A stretch of 64,000 nucleotides of DNA from Alphaproteobacteria bacterium (GTDB lineage Bacteria > Pseudomonadota > Alphaproteobacteria > RF32 > CAG-239): the NCBI GenBank assembly GCA_045578445.1, contig JAZNKG010000049.1, positions 1,652-65,651 of the forward strand. The letters are read 5' to 3'. The position numbers and the translations under genes were made by a program. This document shows positions 1 through 9,045 of this stretch, piece by piece. The notes beneath the pieces are model-generated. The model was not told the DNA's origin. It did no database searches and was given only the letters and a program-made list of their open reading frames with translations. Position 1 is the first letter of the stretch. Every line of letters starts with the position of its first letter.

Positions 1-92
1 GAACGTTTCATTAGGAGTAATAATAACGTTTAATACGACTTCTTGTTTGTATTCATCAAATAAATACCATTGTTGTTGAATTAATTCTACTT

Positions 93-130
93 GCTGTATT
101 GCTTAGGCAATACAGCATTTTTACTTTTTT
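93..130 (+). terminator. Rho-independent terminator
   Basis: Perfect 10-bp stem gctgtattgc/gcaatacagc (93-102/107-116), loop ttag, then T-rich tail; probably ends a + strand gene left of the window. Confidence 0.6.
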
Positions 131-210
131 ATATTGCTTTTTTCGTTTTTTACATATAACATCCCAGCCATTAAGGAATATAATTATAAAAATGCTAAAA
201 TTTATATATT

Positions 211-555
211 ATGATGACATTTGAAAAACTTGAAAAAACGGACATTGCTTTTGACTTTAGCAATCCATTCGTCATTGCAAAAGTTCCTGAAGATTATCAC
301 ACAGCAGAAGACTTTGCTTTACGTTGTGTTTACACTCTCGGACCACTCCTTGCAAGAAAAATGAATGTTGACTACTCAAAAGTAGTATTAGTTGCTATCA
401 GCAAAAACAATAAGGTGGTGGTTTATTCTGTTAGCAGCCAGTACAGAGATTGGCTTTACTTATTCTTCAAAAAACCATCTATGAAATATGCTCAATTTTA
501 TGATGATGTAGAACCTGAGCAAATTATAGAAAAGATGAAAGAACTATCTAAATAA
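211..555 (+). CDS. hypothetical protein (114 aa)
   Basis: Intact ORF followed 10 nt later by the next + ORF; no motif recognised. Confidence 0.5.
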   Translation: MMTFEKLEKTDIAFDFSNPFVIAKVPEDYHTAEDFALRCVYTLGPLLARKMNVDYSKVVLVAISKNNKVVVYSVSSQYRDWLYLFFKKPSMKYAQFYDDVEPEQIIEKMKELSK

Positions 556-564
556 AAATACTTC

Positions 565-747
565 ATGGAAAAAATTATTTACTTTCTTAATGGTCCTATC
601 ATCCCCTTAGCAATTGTAATTCTAGGTGTAATTTGCTTTTTAGTTATTTACTCTAAAGAAAACAAACGAGTAAACAAACTCAGAGAAAATGTTCAGCAAA
701 AAATTATTGAAGAACAGCAAAACAAAGCCACTAGCAACAAAAACTAA
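565..747 (+). CDS. small membrane protein (60 aa, one TM helix)
   Basis: Hydrophobic stretch IIPLAIVILGVICFLVIY followed by a basic/polar tail; terminator immediately downstream. Confidence 0.45.
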   Translation: MEKIIYFLNGPIIPLAIVILGVICFLVIYSKENKRVNKLRENVQQKIIEEQQNKATSNKN

Positions 748-751
748 AATC

Positions 752-787
752 CCCCTCACAACAAAAAAATTGTGAGGGGTTTGTTTT
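752..787 (+). terminator. Rho-independent terminator
   Basis: cccctcacaa / ttgtgagggg 10-bp stem followed by tttgtttt. Confidence 0.7.
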
Positions 788-853
788 ACCTTAACTAAAT
801 TTTATATATTAAAGCATAAGATAATCCCATAGAAATTACACAGGAACACAATA

Positions 854-1333
854 ATGCAACTTACAACAATATTTAATGAAGAAATTGAAACACCTTGTGC
901 CGGATGTATTGTACTTGATAATACAAAATTCAAAGAAGGTCGCATTTATCAAACAAAGCTGTGGGATATAAGTCAAGATTTTGAAATTGCTTACCCTGGA
1001 ATGATTGTATTATCTCCTTTAAGACATGTTTCTAATTATGCCGAACTAACATCTCAAGAACAACAAGAATTAAATACCTTGCTCATACATAGCAAAAAAG
1101 CAATTGTTAAAATATTTAATTGCGAAAAACTAGCATATACATTCTACGAAAAACCTAACGGACACATACATTTTGTTATCATCCCTCTTCATGGACTTAT
1201 TGAAATAAAAGATAAATATTCTGTTTTAGGTGAACTAATCGCAAAATCAGAAGAACTAAAGAACAACAAAGACAATATGCAAAATGTAAACAAGGCCATT
1301 AAACAGCTCAGAACCTACTTTCAAAATTTATAA
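854..1333 (+). CDS. HIT-family-like protein (degenerate histidine triad)
   Basis: N-terminal CAGC motif and NGHIHFVIIP resembling the HxHxHxx histidine triad with one His missing. Confidence 0.5.
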   Translation: MQLTTIFNEEIETPCAGCIVLDNTKFKEGRIYQTKLWDISQDFEIAYPGMIVLSPLRHVSNYAELTSQEQQELNTLLIHSKKAIVKIFNCEKLAYTFYEKPNGHIHFVIIPLHGLIEIKDKYSVLGELIAKSEELKNNKDNMQNVNKAIKQLRTYFQNL

Positions 1334-1452
1334 AAACATACAAAAAAATTACATTTAAACAAAGTTTAATCATAAAAACACTTGATTCTTATAATAAAAT
1401 GTGCTCTTATGTCCGCCATATATGAGTATTATTCTTAAAAAACATTATAATT

Positions 1453-1911
1453 ATGAAAAAGTCTAACGAAGAACAACTAAAAATGTTCGAGCTTCCAAAT
1501 GCGGAGGAAGAGGTTTATGCATACCTCAAAAAATATCCGCTATGCGACGAAGCACAAATGAAGATGTTCGAGCTTTCTAACATCGGCAAGCTACTTATAG
1601 AACACGCAATGCGTCCGTTCTGCACTCTCATAGATGAGGCAATGGTAAAAATGTTTGATATTCCTAATGCAAAAGAGATTGTACTGGAATTTATCCAACT
1701 TGAACCACTATGCGACAAAGCCGAAGTAAGAATGTTTGAACTTGCTAATGCAAAAGATGTTGTATGGGAATACATCAAATACTGGAGACTGTGTGAAGAA
1801 GCTCAGATGAAAATGTTTGAGCTTCCAAATGCGCGAGATATAACAAGAAAATATGCTCAGCGCTATCCTGTATCTGAAGTTTACAAAGCAAAACTTGAAC
1901 AGTATCTCTAA
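1453..1911 (+). CDS. repeat protein, five tandem 27-28 aa units each containing (K/R)MF(E/D)(L/I)xN(A/I)
   Basis: KMFELPNA, KMFELSNI, KMFDIPNA, RMFELANA, KMFELPNA at aa 10, 38, 66, 93, 120; most units end in P-L-C-D/E. Confidence 0.6.
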   Translation: MKKSNEEQLKMFELPNAEEEVYAYLKKYPLCDEAQMKMFELSNIGKLLIEHAMRPFCTLIDEAMVKMFDIPNAKEIVLEFIQLEPLCDKAEVRMFELANAKDVVWEYIKYWRLCEEAQMKMFELPNARDITRKYAQRYPVSEVYKAKLEQYL

Positions 1912-1927
1912 GAACATCTGCAATCAC

Positions 1928-1962
1928 AAAAAAGCCTATCATCAGATAGGCTTTTTATTTTT
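1928..1962. terminator. bidirectional terminator between convergent genes
   Basis: agcctatc / gataggct stem, A-run upstream and T-run downstream. Confidence 0.7.
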
Positions 1963-1984
1963 AAGACACTAAACCATATATATT

Positions 1985-3187
1985 TTAGCGTTCTGCAAGT
2001 TTTTGATTAACAATATCTTGTGCTGTAACGCTTTTTGCTTCATCTACTTTTGCATTATGTTTAGCTCTAAGTTTTTCTTTTTCATCAGCAACTCGCTCTA
2101 AATCTTTCTGAGACATATCAAAAATAGCGCCTAATTTTGGCATTGTGCCATTAACTTTTGCCTCTGCAACACTTGCAAAATATTCTCCTACAGAAGTAAT
2201 TTCGCCCTTTGTAACTTTTCTAACAACATTATTGGCTTTCATTCTCGCGATTTTTAATTCTTTTTTTAATTCTCTTCTAGAAAGTTCTCTTCCTGCCCCA
2301 TCTTCTATATTAATCTCAAACCCTATTTTCTCTTTACCTTTTATACTAATTTTTGTTAAATGTTCTTTATCTAATGTTTCATAACTCTCGTGTCCATTAC
2401 TTTCAATAGATGCCAAAAATTTTTCCTGCTTTTTATCAGAAATAATATCTACTTGACCTACACCATTTTCACTTTTAGCCGAAACACTAAAAGCTTTTTT
2501 TATTTCATAATTATCTGAATTACCTAAACCAACTCTTGTACTACCATCTTCATTATAATTATATTTTTCAATATTATCTCTTCTAATACCTGCCCCTATA
2601 GAATGTATTTCTTTATGACTTTCAGCCTTTTTATAACGCCCCTTCCTATCATATTTAATTTTTTCTTCATAATGATTAGAACTTTCTGCAGTAAACTCTT
2701 TACCCATTGTATGATCCGTTGCTCCACTTTCAGTATAAAGTGTACTAGAATTTTCTTCTTCAGAATATTTAAGTATTCCTGATTTTCTTCTTTTTTCTGC
2801 TGTTTCTTTTACGTCTTCTTTTTTATGATACCCAGCTGTTAAATTATAACCTTCAACAACATATTCAGTTTTATATTTTTTAGTTCTACCCTTTTGCTCT
2901 TTCTCATTTGTATTTGTTGAAACAATTACATTTTCATAACTATCACCACTTATAGAACGAGTCGTTTCGACATTATAAGTCTTTCCTCCTTTTGAAATTT
3001 CTTCACTTGCCTCTGTAAATTCATGCACACGAGAATTATTATCTTCAACAGAAGGATTCACATCAGTTGCATTCGATGATCCTGTAGAACTAGCGAATAA
3101 ACCAACAGCAGATGCTGCTATTCCTCTCATTTTTTTCATAAAAGCACTTGTTTTTTTAGGCTCTTCTGTGCTTGCTTCGTTTCCCAT
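1985..3187 (-). CDS. hypothetical Lys/Glu-rich protein (400 aa)
   Basis: Long intact ORF; short hydrophobic segment GIAASAVGLFASS near the N-terminus; highly charged low-complexity body; no motif recognised. Confidence 0.6.
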   Translation of the reverse strand: MGNEASTEEPKKTSAFMKKMRGIAASAVGLFASSTGSSNATDVNPSVEDNNSRVHEFTEASEEISKGGKTYNVETTRSISGDSYENVIVSTNTNEKEQKGRTKKYKTEYVVEGYNLTAGYHKKEDVKETAEKRRKSGILKYSEEENSSTLYTESGATDHTMGKEFTAESSNHYEEKIKYDRKGRYKKAESHKEIHSIGAGIRRDNIEKYNYNEDGSTRVGLGNSDNYEIKKAFSVSAKSENGVGQVDIISDKKQEKFLASIESNGHESYETLDKEHLTKISIKGKEKIGFEINIEDGAGRELSRRELKKELKIARMKANNVVRKVTKGEITSVGEYFASVAEAKVNGTMPKLGAIFDMSQKDLERVADEKEKLRAKHNAKVDEAKSVTAQDIVNQKLAER

Positions 3188-3259
3188 AATCCCTCCTTAA
3201 AATAATATTTAAGCAACATGCATTATTATACCACAAAATAAGAAATTTGTCAAAATAAA

Positions 3260-3288
3260 TAATAAAAAAGCGAGGCAAATCCCCGCTT
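3260..3288 (-). terminator. Rho-independent terminator (minus strand)
   Basis: On the minus strand AGCGGGG ATTTG CCTCGCT (one G-U pair) followed by TTTTTTATT; lies just after the stop of 3305..3928. Confidence 0.55.
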
Positions 3289-3304
3289 TTAAAACACTTG
3301 AGTA

Positions 3305-3928
3305 CTAAAGCCCCAAAACTTTCATAAACTTTCTTACATCATAATTTTTCTGCAGATACAACGTGTAAGCATATACTAACAATCCATACAAACCTACACC
3401 TCTATATTGTCCCATCAGAAAATTAAAATCAAAGTCCAAGTTTTCTCTAATTCGTTCAATTTGCTCTTTCTTTGCCTTATTCAAAAACATCCTAGAATTG
3501 GCATCATAAAGAAGCCTTCTTCTCTTTAGAATATTAAGAAGCCTCGTTATAACAGTCTCAAATTCTGAAGCAAACTTCTCATTAGCTACTAATCTAGGTG
3601 TTTTTTTCAATGCGCCAAGAAAATATAATTTATACCACTTTTCCGCATACTCATAATTTGACAAAGGAAACATGCTTTTTGAGCTAAGCAATAACTTATC
3701 TTCATCGCTCAAATCAAAATGAACACGACGCACATAAATTTTAGATGCAACATGTTCTAAAATCCTTGTCATACTTTTTAAGAAATCTATTTCAGATTGC
3801 TCAGACAATCTTAACACAGACTCCAAAGGAAGCTCTATAAACTCTATTGTATCATAATGCTCCCTTAAAAAGGGTGGTTTTATTAAAAACACCTTTTTAA
3901 TCTTAAAAACTAATAATTTTTCACTCAT
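3305..3928 (-). CDS. hypothetical protein (207 aa)
   Basis: Intact ORF with its own terminator; no motif recognised. Confidence 0.55.
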   Translation of the reverse strand: MSEKLLVFKIKKVFLIKPPFLREHYDTIEFIELPLESVLRLSEQSEIDFLKSMTRILEHVASKIYVRRVHFDLSDEDKLLLSSKSMFPLSNYEYAEKWYKLYFLGALKKTPRLVANEKFASEFETVITRLLNILKRRRLLYDANSRMFLNKAKKEQIERIRENLDFDFNFLMGQYRGVGLYGLLVYAYTLYLQKNYDVRKFMKVLGL

Positions 3929-4050
3929 AAAAATTTAATCTTAATAATATTTAATTAGGAGAGGGAATATAAAACACGCATTTTTTAAAGTCAAAATATT
4001 TATCAAAAATTTTTCATATCAAAAAACATATAACTAGCTAAAACTTTCTC

Positions 4051-4081
4051 TTGACATCTCATAAGAAAAACATTTATATAA
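4051..4081 (+). promoter_or_regulatory. sigma70-like promoter upstream of secE
   Basis: TTGACA at 4051-4056, 17 nt spacer, TTATAT/TATAAA around 4074-4081. Confidence 0.4.
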
Positions 4082-4149
4082 ATGCTAATATTTAATGGCA
4101 ATTAGATATTAATTGTCTGTGTTTATAAACTTATTGAAATGGTACAGCT

Positions 4150-4341
4150 ATGGGAAAAACAAGTCCAATACAATTTTTTAGACAAGTTAAACAAGAAGTA
4201 AAAAAGGTTACTTGGCCTGCAAAAAAAGAAGTTACTCGTGCAACAATTATGGTTTTAACAATAGTTGCAATTGCATCTGTTTTCTTCTTTTGTGTAGACT
4301 GGTTCTTTGGTTCTATAGTAGGTGCAATTTTCGGAAATTAG
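4150..4341 (+). CDS. secE: preprotein translocase subunit SecE
   Basis: 63 aa with the motif VKxEVKKVTWP and a single C-terminal TM helix, directly upstream of nusG. Confidence 0.85.
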   Translation: MGKTSPIQFFRQVKQEVKKVTWPAKKEVTRATIMVLTIVAIASVFFFCVDWFFGSIVGAIFGN

Positions 4342-4352
4342 GAGTTTAACTA

Positions 4353-4886
4353 ATGGCTGCTCGTTGGTATGTTGTTAATGTTTATTCAGGTTCAGAAAAA
4401 AAGGTTGCTGAGTCTATCCGTGAACAAGCAATATTGAAAAAAATGGAAGACCGTATTTTGGAAGTTTTAGTTCCAACTGAACAAGTTGTTGAAATTAGAA
4501 AAGGCGCTAAGGTTAATGCTGAACATAAGTTCTTCCCTGGCTATATCTTGGTAAAAATGGAAATGAGCGATGACACTTGGCACGTAGTAAAAGATACTCC
4601 ACGTGTTAGTGGCTTTTTAGGTAGTCACAACAAGCCTCAAGCTATTACAGAAAAAGAAGTTCAAAGAATTATGGCTCAGATTGAGGAAGGTGTTGAACGT
4701 CCAACAACTCAAATTTACTTTGAAGTTGGTGAGCAAGTTCGCGTTAATGAAGGTCCGTTCGCTTCATTTATTGGTGTTGTTGAAGAGGTTGATAATGAAA
4801 AATCTCGTTTGAAAGTTTCTGTTTCAATCTTTGGTAGATACACACCTGTTGACTTAGACTTTACACAAGTTGAAAAAGTATCTTAA
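4353..4886 (+). CDS. nusG: transcription termination/antitermination factor NusG
   Basis: WYVVxVYSGSEKKV N-terminus (NGN domain) and C-terminal KOW-like GEQVRVNEGPFASFIGVVEEVD. Confidence 0.95.
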   Translation: MAARWYVVNVYSGSEKKVAESIREQAILKKMEDRILEVLVPTEQVVEIRKGAKVNAEHKFFPGYILVKMEMSDDTWHVVKDTPRVSGFLGSHNKPQAITEKEVQRIMAQIEEGVERPTTQIYFEVGEQVRVNEGPFASFIGVVEEVDNEKSRLKVSVSIFGRYTPVDLDFTQVEKVS

Positions 4887-4887
4887 G

Positions 4888-4916
4888 AAAAGGCCTCAAA
4901 TGAGGCCTTTTTTATT
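4888..4916. terminator. bidirectional terminator
   Basis: aggcct caaatg aggcct followed by ttttttatttc; overlaps the stop of the convergent HD gene. Confidence 0.7.
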
Positions 4917-5694
4917 TCAATTTCTGCTCCATAAAATCAAACATTTGTTTTTTATAAGCATCAATATTTTCATCAATCCAAAATTTAGCAAATAAATCAA
5001 ATAACCCCTCTATAATTTTCATTTTTTTCAAAAAAACAAAAGATGACTTATACTTCAAATCATAAACACAAGCTATAATCATCAAAGCGTGGTCTGCATG
5101 ACTTTTTATATCTTTTTTATTAACAGATTTACAAGCCATAAAATCACTTAAAACTTTTTCAGATGGATATTTTGTATCTATAGGCATGGGAGAAAAAAAC
5201 AAAGTTTCAAACTCTGCAAACTCTCTAAATAACAAATATGAATTAGCTAGTTTATCAGCATCACGAATAAGATAAATATATCTATCAATAATATTTTTTT
5301 CTTCTTTACCTAAAGCTTTATATTCTACATCATCATATAGTTCTTCAATCAGATGACCATGATGTTTTATAGGCAAATATGCAGTTATCATATTAAAAAT
5401 AGTTTTATCTTTTAATAAATCTGCACCAAAAACCCCATGGTCAATTCCCGATGTAACCCCTTCTTGAAAACGTCCTATATCATGCAATAAAACAATTGCT
5501 TTAAGAAAATCAATTTCATCAGAAGTACCATTTTTAAAAACATCTTCATTTTTCAAAAGATAATTACCCATACCTAAAACTTGATATGAATGTCTTATTT
5601 TCTCATCCATTAAACGCTTTCCATGTGCGTTTGCCAATTGATATTTATTTTCATATTCTTCCGATAAAAGTTTTTTTGCCAATTCTAAATACAT
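4912..5694 (-). CDS. HD-domain phosphohydrolase
   Basis: VLLHDIGRF and later HHGH motifs. Start moved to the internal Met (MYLELAKKLL, 5694) because the upstream 25 codons are low-complexity and a GAGAG RBS precedes this ATG. Confidence 0.75.
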   Translation of the reverse strand: MYLELAKKLLSEEYENKYQLANAHGKRLMDEKIRHSYQVLGMGNYLLKNEDVFKNGTSDEIDFLKAIVLLHDIGRFQEGVTSGIDHGVFGADLLKDKTIFNMITAYLPIKHHGHLIEELYDDVEYKALGKEEKNIIDRYIYLIRDADKLANSYLLFREFAEFETLFFSPMPIDTKYPSEKVLSDFMACKSVNKKDIKSHADHALMIIACVYDLKYKSSFVFLKKMKIIEGLFDLFAKFWIDENIDAYKKQMFDFMEQKLK

Positions 5695-5801
5695 TTTTTC
5701 TCTCTTATAAATTATCACAAAATAAATATAATACGAATAAGTAAAAAAAGCATAAAAAAAGAGGAACATCTATGTTCCTCTTTCTAACTTTTAGATTCTA
5801 A

Positions 5802-6008
5802 CTAGAATCCTTCTGTATCTAAGCGTTTGCGAAGTTGCTTTCTTGATCTTCTTACAGCTTCAGCTTTACGACGAGTCTTTTTCTCAGAGTTTTTCTCATG
5901 ACAACGTCTTAACTTCATCTCACGGAAGATACCTTCTCTTTGCATTTTTTTCTTCAAAATTTTCAAAGATTGAGCAACGTCATTACCAATAACAGTAACT
6001 TGTACCAC
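5802..6008 (-). CDS. rpsU: 30S ribosomal protein S21
   Basis: MVQVTV...[14 protein letters not shown]...[13 protein letters not shown], typical S21 of the alphaproteobacterial kind. Confidence 0.95.
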   Translation of the reverse strand: MVQVTVIGNDVAQSLKILKKKMQREGIFREMKLRRCHEKNSEKKTRRKAEAVRRSRKQLRKRLDTEGF

Positions 6009-6174
6009 TTAAATCACCTCATTTCTATTTTTCTAAAGTTAACAATTTTTACCCCTTATAACATATTTTTTTTAGATTGCAACAAAAAAACAACAGTAAA
6101 AAATTTATATTTATGAAAAATTAACATTTATTCATATATCGTAAAACAAAGATATATTTAAGTGGATATTAACA

Positions 6175-6576
6175 ATGGCAAGAACAAAAGACATATATGA
6201 ATTACTAGAAAATAACAACAAAGAAATAATGGTATTAATATATACATTAGGTAATCAACCTGAAAACCCTAAATTTATATTAAATGAAAACAATCGTTGC
6301 CTAGAAATATACCGCAACAAAAAAGAGGCTGTTATTTTAAAAGGGTTACAAAAAGAAACCATTGAAAAGATAAAAAAATTAGACGTTGTATATGTATGCG
6401 AACTTAATAGTTCAGCCAATCAACCAGCAGAAAATAGTATAGTTTATGCATACACGGCAGAACGTACAACTATAGAGGATTTAACGTCTTCTAATAATAA
6501 TGCTAAAATTATTAGTCAAAAAACCCAATCATTAAAAGAAAAATTAAACACAAAAAATAAAAATCTAAATTCATAA
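6175..6576 (+). CDS. hypothetical protein (133 aa)
   Basis: Intact ORF, no motif recognised. Confidence 0.5.
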   Translation: MARTKDIYELLENNNKEIMVLIYTLGNQPENPKFILNENNRCLEIYRNKKEAVILKGLQKETIEKIKKLDVVYVCELNSSANQPAENSIVYAYTAERTTIEDLTSSNNNAKIISQKTQSLKEKLNTKNKNLNS

Positions 6577-6674
6577 AAAAAATATATCCAACATGCACTT
6601 TTATATTGTTTTTAATTTTAAATATTGCTAATCTATTTTTCGCTTAAACAATATTTATATAAAGGAATGAAAAG

Positions 6675-7961
6675 ATGCTGGATATCAAATTTATTGTTGA
6701 AAATACAGAATTTGTAAAAGATGGTCTTCAAAAAAAAGGATATACCCAAGAAGACATTAATATTGATGATTTAATTGCACTACACAAAAGTGTAAACAAA
6801 CTTAAAACTTCAACCCAAGCTTTAGCAGAAGAAAAAAATCGCCTCAGTAATTCCATCAAATCCGCATCGCCTGAGGATCGTCCTTCTATTATAGCAAAAA
6901 GTAAAGAAATCGGTGAACAACTAAAAAACGAACAAGAACAGCTTGTTCAAGAACAAGAAAAATTTGACAATATTATGTGGCGCATGCCCAATTTACCTTG
7001 CCCAGAATCTCCTGTTGCCCCAGATGATTCAGGTAACGTTGTTATCAAAAAATATGGTGAACCAACAAAATTCAACTTCACACCAAAGGATCATGTTGAA
7101 CTCATGGAATTAAACGATTGGTCTGAACTTGAACGCATAACTAAAGTATCTGGAGCTAGAACATATGCAATCAAAAATGAACTATCTCGTTTAGAGTTAG
7201 CTATGCACATGCTTGTTCTAGATAAACTTGCATCACATGGTTTTACCACAATTACCGTTCCATCTATATCAAAGCAAAAACCACTTTATGGTATGGGATA
7301 TCTTCCTTTTGCTAAAGATGAAATTTACTATATGCCTGCTGATGATTTATATTTATCAGGAACAGCCGAACTAGTACTAAACTCTTTAAGAGCAGATGAA
7401 ATTTTATCTGAAAATGATTTGCCAGTATTATACGCAGGTTTTTCTCCATGTTTCCGTCGTGAAGCTGGTGCTGCAGGAAAAGACACTAGAGGTCTTGTAC
7501 GTGTTCACCAATTCTTAAAAACAGAACAATTTGTCATCTGCAAAAATGATATAGAAGAAAGTGATAAATGGCATAAAAAACTTCTACAAATATCAGAAGA
7601 AGTTCTACAAGATTTAGAATTACCATACCAAGTTCTCGAAATTTGTACTGGAGATATGGGCGCTCCTAAATATCGCCAATATGACCTAGAGGCTTGGACA
7701 CCTTCTCAAAATTGTTATAGAGAAACACATTCTTGTTCAAATATCACTGAATGGCAAGCTCGTCGTACAAATTTAAGATATAGAGACAACAAAGACGGTA
7801 AGGTAAAATTTGCACATACCTTAAACAACACAGGTATTGCAACACCACGTATTTTAGCTCCATTTATTGAAAATCATCAGCAAGAAAATGGTAGTGTGCG
7901 CATTCCAGAAAAACTACAGCCATATATGAACGGTAAAAAGTTTATTGGAAAAAATGCCTAA
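6675..7961 (+). CDS. serS: seryl-tRNA synthetase
   Basis: N-terminal coiled-coil arm, class II motifs (FSPCFRREAGAAGKDTRGLVRVHQF, TLNNTGIATPR). Confidence 0.97.
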   Translation: MLDIKFIVENTEFVKDGLQKKGYTQEDINIDDLIALHKSVNKLKTSTQALAEEKNRLSNSIKSASPEDRPSIIAKSKEIGEQLKNEQEQLVQEQEKFDNIMWRMPNLPCPESPVAPDDSGNVVIKKYGEPTKFNFTPKDHVELMELNDWSELERITKVSGARTYAIKNELSRLELAMHMLVLDKLASHGFTTITVPSISKQKPLYGMGYLPFAKDEIYYMPADDLYLSGTAELVLNSLRADEILSENDLPVLYAGFSPCFRREAGAAGKDTRGLVRVHQFLKTEQFVICKNDIEESDKWHKKLLQISEEVLQDLELPYQVLEICTGDMGAPKYRQYDLEAWTPSQNCYRETHSCSNITEWQARRTNLRYRDNKDGKVKFAHTLNNTGIATPRILAPFIENHQQENGSVRIPEKLQPYMNGKKFIGKNA

Positions 7962-7980
7962 CCTATAAAAAGCTAAGACT

Positions 7981-9045
7981 ATGTTGTTATATGTAGATAA
8001 AAAAAAGCAAAAACGCCAAAAGATAAAAGTGCTATGCTTTATATTTACTTCTATCTTCATAGTCTTAGCTAATATTTTGCACTTTAAAAAAGTCCTTCAT
8101 TCTGCAAAAACAAATTTAACCAATTATCAAAATATACAAATTAAAAACGATTGGTTTTATACGTCGGATTCGCTTCAAATATTCACAAAAAAAAATAAAC
8201 AAACTCCAATAATAATAATAGCCCCACAAAAAATTACTCGAGAAAATGCTCAATTACTATCTGTTGCTTTATCAAAAGTGCCTAACAACACAACTATACA
8301 ACTATCATCAAACCTTAAAAATAAAAAAACAATCAAAACTCTTATAAACCAACTAAATCTAGATACAGCAAAAACATCATCTTCTCAAAAAACATTAATA
8401 ACAAGCGATATAAAAGAAGCTGAAAAATTAATATATAAAGAAAAACTTTTTCCTAAATTTATAACATATAAAAATGCCCAAAAATTAAATAATACACCTC
8501 AAATTAAGTTGGTTATTGATAATTTGTTTCCTCTACCCTCAAAACCTACAACAACCTTAGAACAAGAACTATACTCTATAAAAGAATTTACCAATAATTA
8601 CAAAAAAGAACTTATAAACGCATTTTCAACTACACCTAAATATTCTTTTACAACACACGGATTCTTCCTAAAAAACATAAACATTTGCGCCATAACATCA
8701 AGCAAAACTATATGTGAAATAAACGACAATAATTCACTAGAAAAAAACATTAAAAACATTTTAGAACAATCTACAAATGATAAGCAAATATTACAAATAA
8801 GCCTTCTCACAACCTTAAAAGAAATTTCACCTAATGACCTTTTAGAAAATGATGAAGGAATTATATTTCAATTTGAAAAAAGAAAAGAAATACTATTACC
8901 GCAAGAAATAAAAAAATTATCCATAAATGATAATCCCTTTTATATAATAAAACAAAAATTAGGAATAAACCCCAATCACTTAACACCTCAAATGAAATTT
9001 TATAAATTCAAAACCTTGGAGATAAATATAAATGACGCAATATAA
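7981..9045 (+). CDS. hypothetical membrane-anchored protein (354 aa)
   Basis: Basic N-terminus then a TM helix VLCFIFTSIFIVLANIL; Asn/Lys/Thr-rich body; overlaps the next gene by 14 nt. Confidence 0.55.
   Translation: MLLYVDKKKQKRQKIKVLCFIFTSIFIVLANILHFKKVLHSAKTNLTNYQNIQIKNDWFYTSDSLQIFTKKNKQTPIIIIAPQKITRENAQLLSVALSKVPNNTTIQLSSNLKNKKTIKTLINQLNLDTAKTSSSQKTLITSDIKEAEKLIYKEKLFPKFITYKNAQKLNNTPQIKLVIDNLFPLPSKPTTTLEQELYSIKEFTNNYKKELINAFSTTPKYSFTTHGFFLKNINICAITSSKTICEINDNNSLEKNIKNILEQSTNDKQILQISLLTTLKEISPNDLLENDEGIIFQFEKRKEILLPQEIKKLSINDNPFYIIKQKLGINPNHLTPQMKFYKFKTLEININDAI

Noticed and set aside
1-90. Possible partial gene at the left edge (open minus-strand frame QQWYLFDEYKQEVVLNVIITPNETF)
   Set aside because: There is no plausible start codon between the upstream in-frame stop and the window edge. 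On the plus strand only very short C-terminal fragments are possible. Too little sequence is available to call.
1515-1923. Antisense ORFs 1515..1778 and 1708..1923 overlapping the repeat-protein gene
   Set aside because: They lie entirely within or against a better-supported + strand gene and have Ser/Phe/Ile-rich low-complexity translations typical of antisense frames in AT-rich DNA. No RBS is present.
2145-2384. 79-aa plus-strand ORF inside 1985..3187
   Set aside because: It is the antisense shadow of the long minus-strand ORF, with a hydrophobic low-complexity translation.
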